Origin: Craspedostauros australis
Taxonomy: Eukaryota
Direction of reading: 5' to 3'
DNA: 64,000 nucleotides
NCBI GenBank assembly: GCA_030167865.1
Contig: JALAGF010004837.1
Span: forward strand, 1-64,000
The translations under genes were made by a program, and so were the position numbers. Of this stretch, positions 59,701 through 64,000 are shown one piece after another. Below the pieces are notes generated by a model. That model was not told the origin of the DNA. It worked only from the letters and a program-made list of their open reading frames with translations, and did not search any database. How positions within the stretch are numbered: position 1 is the stretch's first letter; the number at the start of each line of letters is the position of its first letter.

Positions 59701-62700
59701 CACACCTTGCGCCAACCAACAACGCCAGCGAATTGTAGCCTCTGCCGCCACCATCATGTGTTGCAGAATCGATGTCGACATGGTTGTACGAGTATGGTGT
59801 AGTGGATGGTTTGCACCTACACCATCATTCGTTCAATCTATCACAGCACACACTCTCACAATTGCTCACACAACATGACCCCACTTCCAAATCTACATTT
59901 GAATCCTTGTTCGCAGGAACATGACGAGGATGATCTCAGCGACATCGACGATGACGAGCTGTACATCTCCGATGATGAACTGTTGGATGCCAGAGATGAC
60001 AACGACATCGTGCAGTCCTTGCGACGCGGCGTTCTGCCTCCCGAAATCCAGGTGCTGTACGGTGCCTGTCTTGCCCATAGACACGACAGGACCTTTCTAG
60101 CAACGAACTGCATCAAGAGCTTCCACCATCTTCGAGACATGACGAAAGAGTATCTTCTTCAGGAAGAGACGGACGTGGCGGACAGCGCAGAGCCTGCGTG
60201 GACCGACTTTTGCGTCCAGAATAACGGTGAGCTGTTGAAGACGGATGCTCTGGCAATCGTTGGGAGCGCCTTGGAGCACATGAATAAAGAGTCAGAATGG
60301 GCTCCAAGGTTGGCTGGGGTTTTTATCGATTACTTCCATGAAATTCGCAAGGCCGGTGTTCTGAACCTTGCCATAGAGAAAGAACCGGGCTCGACAGTCC
60401 ATTGGCGTATAGAACAGGCCGTGCAGGTCATGTTCTCCTCGTGTCGCATGACGATAGCTCACGCCATCGAAACATCCTCGGTCCAGCCGAACTTCAACGC
60501 AGCGAGCCAAGACAGCAATAGCAGCAACAACCACAATCACAACTACGGTGATCAACACGCGCAAGGCAAATGCCTCGATGCTTTCGACAGCATGGCCACG
60601 GTCGTCGATATCATTTGGAGGATACTGGATGATGCGGTCCTCTCCAACATGACGGCGGAGGTGAGCTGGACGTGACCTGTTCAAGATGGTCATTCCGTGT
60701 TGTCGACGCTGTTGCGCCACACCTGGAATCTTCCCTCTCCTTCTGTTGTCTCGTGTCCCTATTGTCCCATCGCTTACTGCTGCCAACATGATGACTATAT
60801 TGCCACTGCTGTTCTTGTGGGTGTCCTCACAGCGATTGGCTGGCATCTTACATCATCCCTCTTCTTGTATCTCCGTCCCATTGTTTCCTGGAAATCTTCC
60901 TGCAGATGCTTCGCATATTCCGCGAAGGGTCAACGTTCTTGTCACGCGTCGATGCACGAAGCAGCATGGAAGCACAACGCAAGTTCTTCAACCACCTTCT
61001 GATGATGGTGTCCAAATTTTGTGGTCTGAGAAGCACAAAGCAACTTGCCGGTCCTATTGATCCCAAAACGAACGGGGCCGTGGCCACAGGCCCATTGGTG
61101 GTGACAGCACCGCCAATGTCAGCAACATGGCAAACGGACGACCAGCGCGCACTATCACTGAGGGTCTACAACCTTTGCGTCGGGTGGAATGTGTCTCACT
61201 TTTCTGGCTGGGAGTCCGAAGAGTTCAACTTTCGGCTGCTGAAGCAGCGGGATGGACCGAAGTACTTTCGCATCTCTGTCACTGACGGGCAAGTCTCAGG
61301 ATCCCTGCCAATCGAGTTTGAAGACGAGTTGTGTTGCCAATGGAAGGAAATCCAGAGCTTATGTCCAGATCTATGCGAAATGGAAATCGAACAGAACTTG
61401 GCATCCATCCGCGAGGTCCGCGACTCCAATCTCAACGCAGATGCGACCAGGCAAATGGAAGAGGCTGCCAGCGACGACGAGGAGAACGGGTTGTACATCT
61501 TGCTGCAGTTTTCGTCATATTGCATACGCTTGGCGAAAGAGGCGGATGATGAAATTGAAAGATCTTTGCTTGTTCGAAACGCTTTGAGCGTTCTGTTCCC
61601 AATGGTATGTTGGACAAGTGTTCTTTTTTGCAGCCGATGCACCGAATGAACACCCGCCGAATCAATGGGAGATAGGGCATGACTATGGTCCCGCACTACG
61701 GTAGTATGCTGCCACACATGCATGCGGATGTTTGGATACTCCTTGTCGTTTTTGTGGATGCTGGCCACGCTTGGTTGGTCCCTGTCGACGTGTTACTTCT
61801 TGATCTTCAAAAATGATTCTGCCGCTAACTGATGTTGCGTTTGTGTCCATGCCCGCTTTTATTCCGCCGTGCCTTCCTCCTCCCTCTCTTGTAATTTGAT
61901 TTCGCACCTCGATAGTCTCAGTTCGTGCTCAATGTGGCGCTCTGGGACTCCTCGATTGGTCACAGCAGCGACGATACCGACTGGATGGATAGCTGGCAAA
62001 GGTTCGCCAATGGGAAGCACAGGAGGGTATCGACAACGTCATCAAGAAAACGGAAAGAACGCAGTCGCAAGTCGTTGTCATCGCAAGGAGCGACAAACAC
62101 AGCGACGCGGCGGCTTCGTCGTGGTTTCCTCTCAATCCCTGCGGACGAGCTCTTGAACGTTTGGAACGCATCCATAGAGGAAGGTTCTACCGAGGCAAGT
62201 GATGGCACTGCTGCTGCTACTGCTGCCACGGCTGCTGATACTTGCGGTGGTCGCAGCGACGATGAAATGCGTGCTTTCAACAACGGCAATCCATCGGATG
62301 AAGGAGATTCAATGAGAACGGTCGACAATGCCATTCGACAGCTCCGCGGATGCTTCACGGAGGTGGCAGTCGAAAAGGCGTCCTTGAATGTGGCGATCGC
62401 GATGCTGGATGTCGCGCGGCGCTCTGACTGCTACAATCCGTTCCTTTGCCTCCAGCATGCCGCGATGTTCGCGAGCCAGGCAGCAAAATCCGGAACCAAC
62501 GACGAACGTTTCCGCCGACCGACCCCTGATGCGAACGACTGCACTCCTGCTGACGCCTTGCTCGTGCTTGGACGCGCAGACTGCCTCCAATGCATCCATT
62601 TCGTCAACGAAGCGACGTTCTTGTGCAAGTATGTCGCGCGGGTGTGCATGCTTCACAGAGATCGTTCGCGGCCCAAGTGGGAGTGGAACAGCAGGTGGAA

Positions 62701-63274
62701 GATAGTGAGCATCTTGGCATACAACACTGCATTCATGATTCTGTCATCTGTCCGTGGGTTGCTGGACAGGGTGGCGCTGAAGAACTTCCATGATATGTGG
62801 ACGCCGGACGTTATCGATGAACTTGAGCGTGCCTACTGTGAAGGCAGCGTTTGGTTCAGCCGTTTCAAGATGACGCGAACCAACGGCAACGCCAACAATC
62901 CTGCTACAGAAATTGGCGAAGCAGGAGATGATTTCAATGAAGGCAGTGACGACAAGGAGGTGCATGGAGCCGACCATCACAGCCATGACAGCAACGAGCA
63001 CCACGACAGCAACAGCAGCAATCACAATCGCAGCGATGATGAGTCTCTTGGCGATGTTAACGCCCACACATTGGGTAGCAGTGTTGTGGCCAATTCCGGA
63101 CACCAGGAGCAAATACCAGACTGCGGCAACGACGAGAATCAACAAATGATGGTATTGGACATCCCGCACTTTCCATCGATGAGCTCCCCGTCGTCCCAGA
63201 AGAGCCCACACGAAATGGATGTGGGAGCCGATGACCGCAGCGAGGATCACGCCATGCAGGTTGAAGCTGTGTGA
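56703..63274 (+). CDS. Large TPR protein resembling TFIIIC subunit Tfc4/GTF3C3; exons 56703-58864, 59139-59637, 59917-60660, 60906-61604, 61916-63274 (about 1820 aa)
   Basis: Acidic/basic disordered N-terminus, then LGEAVGAHARGEHKLAIEMLKQVANDAPSAPQVYSSLGTVYDD and FHVAAVLCKKDFTLWVRAA, like the first Tfc4 TPRs. Four in-frame GT-AG introns. Start uncertain (ATG 56610 is also in frame). Confidence 0.65.
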
Positions 63275-63563
63275 AGAGGTGGTTCCCTGTTGGTTTGGTT
63301 CGAGTAGATTACTGCCACCAGTATATGTCGCCGTGTGTTAACTATGATACATATAGTGACGGTCCACGCAGTACGAATAGCTACACCGCAGTCGCACTAC
63401 GCTACTTATATCTCCTCGTAGAATGTGACTTGATGGTATGGTAAGCACGTGTTGACACCTACTCACATTTCGGCTGTCGGCACTGGTTGTGGCCAATGCT
63501 CCGACAGGAAAGGGAGAGGACCGCTGGGTTTTAGACCACCTTTCGACAGCGGCTGCTCGGCGA

Positions 63564-64000
63564 CTAGGGGCTGGATCCCTTTCCAACATCTTGCGCAACA
63601 GTGTAGAAGCACTTGCGCCCGTTTGGGCTTGTCCACATCGATGCCTTCGTGGCTGGGTTGTAGTGTCGCGTGAAGCCATCTTCGGACACAGTCTCGGTGG
63701 CCGCGACTGCTTCCTTCTGCATGTCTGCTGAGCCAGATTCGAGCTGCTCCAACAGCATCTCGCTGTTGCGCTCGAGGCTGGAGATGACATCATCATACTT
63801 GTGCTGGTTTGTCACCACGGATTCAGCGCTCAAGTCGATGACAGCGGCGTCGAGATCGGCAACTGCGTCAGCCATGGTGGCAGCTTGCACGCCAGCGCCT
63901 GCGCTTGCATCAGAGCCCTCGGAGGATGACAGGAAGCCCTCGTTTCGGAGCTGCTTGACCCAATTCTCGACCCTGGACTCGGTCATCTCCTCCTGGTTGG
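63564..64000 (-). CDS. 3' end of a hypothetical protein gene entering from the right edge
   Basis: Frame is open from the window edge to the stop at 63564 and has gene-like composition. No family recognised. Confidence 0.6.
   Translation of the reverse strand, partial: NQEEMTESRVENWVKQLRNEGFLSSSEGSDASAGAGVQAATMADAVADLDAAVIDLSAESVVTNQHKYDDVISSLERNSEMLLEQLESGSADMQKEAVAATETVSEDGFTRHYNPATKASMWTSPNGRKCFYTVAQDVGKGSSP

Overview
Gene-dense eukaryotic nuclear DNA, most likely from a diatom or related ochrophyte: GT-AG introns, bipartite signal-plus-transit leaders on plastid enzymes (e.g. ATA|FVAP on acetolactate synthase), and GC-rich exons between microsatellite-rich spacers. About 18 protein genes could be reconstructed by hand: CLU1, PTPA, NEDD1, acetolactate synthase, a small CHCHD2/Mix17-like protein, an hnRNP F/H-type RRM protein, an acidic orphan, a giant ApaH-like phosphatase, plastid RimM, ELP1, MPP-alpha/core-2, MAD2, ISCU, TMEM234-like, DNA polymerase delta, an intron-containing histone H3, a TMEM87/GPR107-like protein and a TFIIIC Tfc4-like TPR protein, plus a truncated gene at the right edge. 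I found no tRNA, rRNA, CRISPR array or intact mobile element by eye. The main unexplained structure is an AT-rich, gap-free 2 x 282-bp tandem duplication (1088-1651) that holds the only N bases I saw. Also notable: a remodelled CysB Fe-S motif in Pol delta, a 12-nt microexon in the H3 tail, and shared E2F/MSA/CHR-like motifs upstream of three cell-cycle genes. No new multi-gene system is demonstrated. All gene models and family calls come from manual reading, with no database search.
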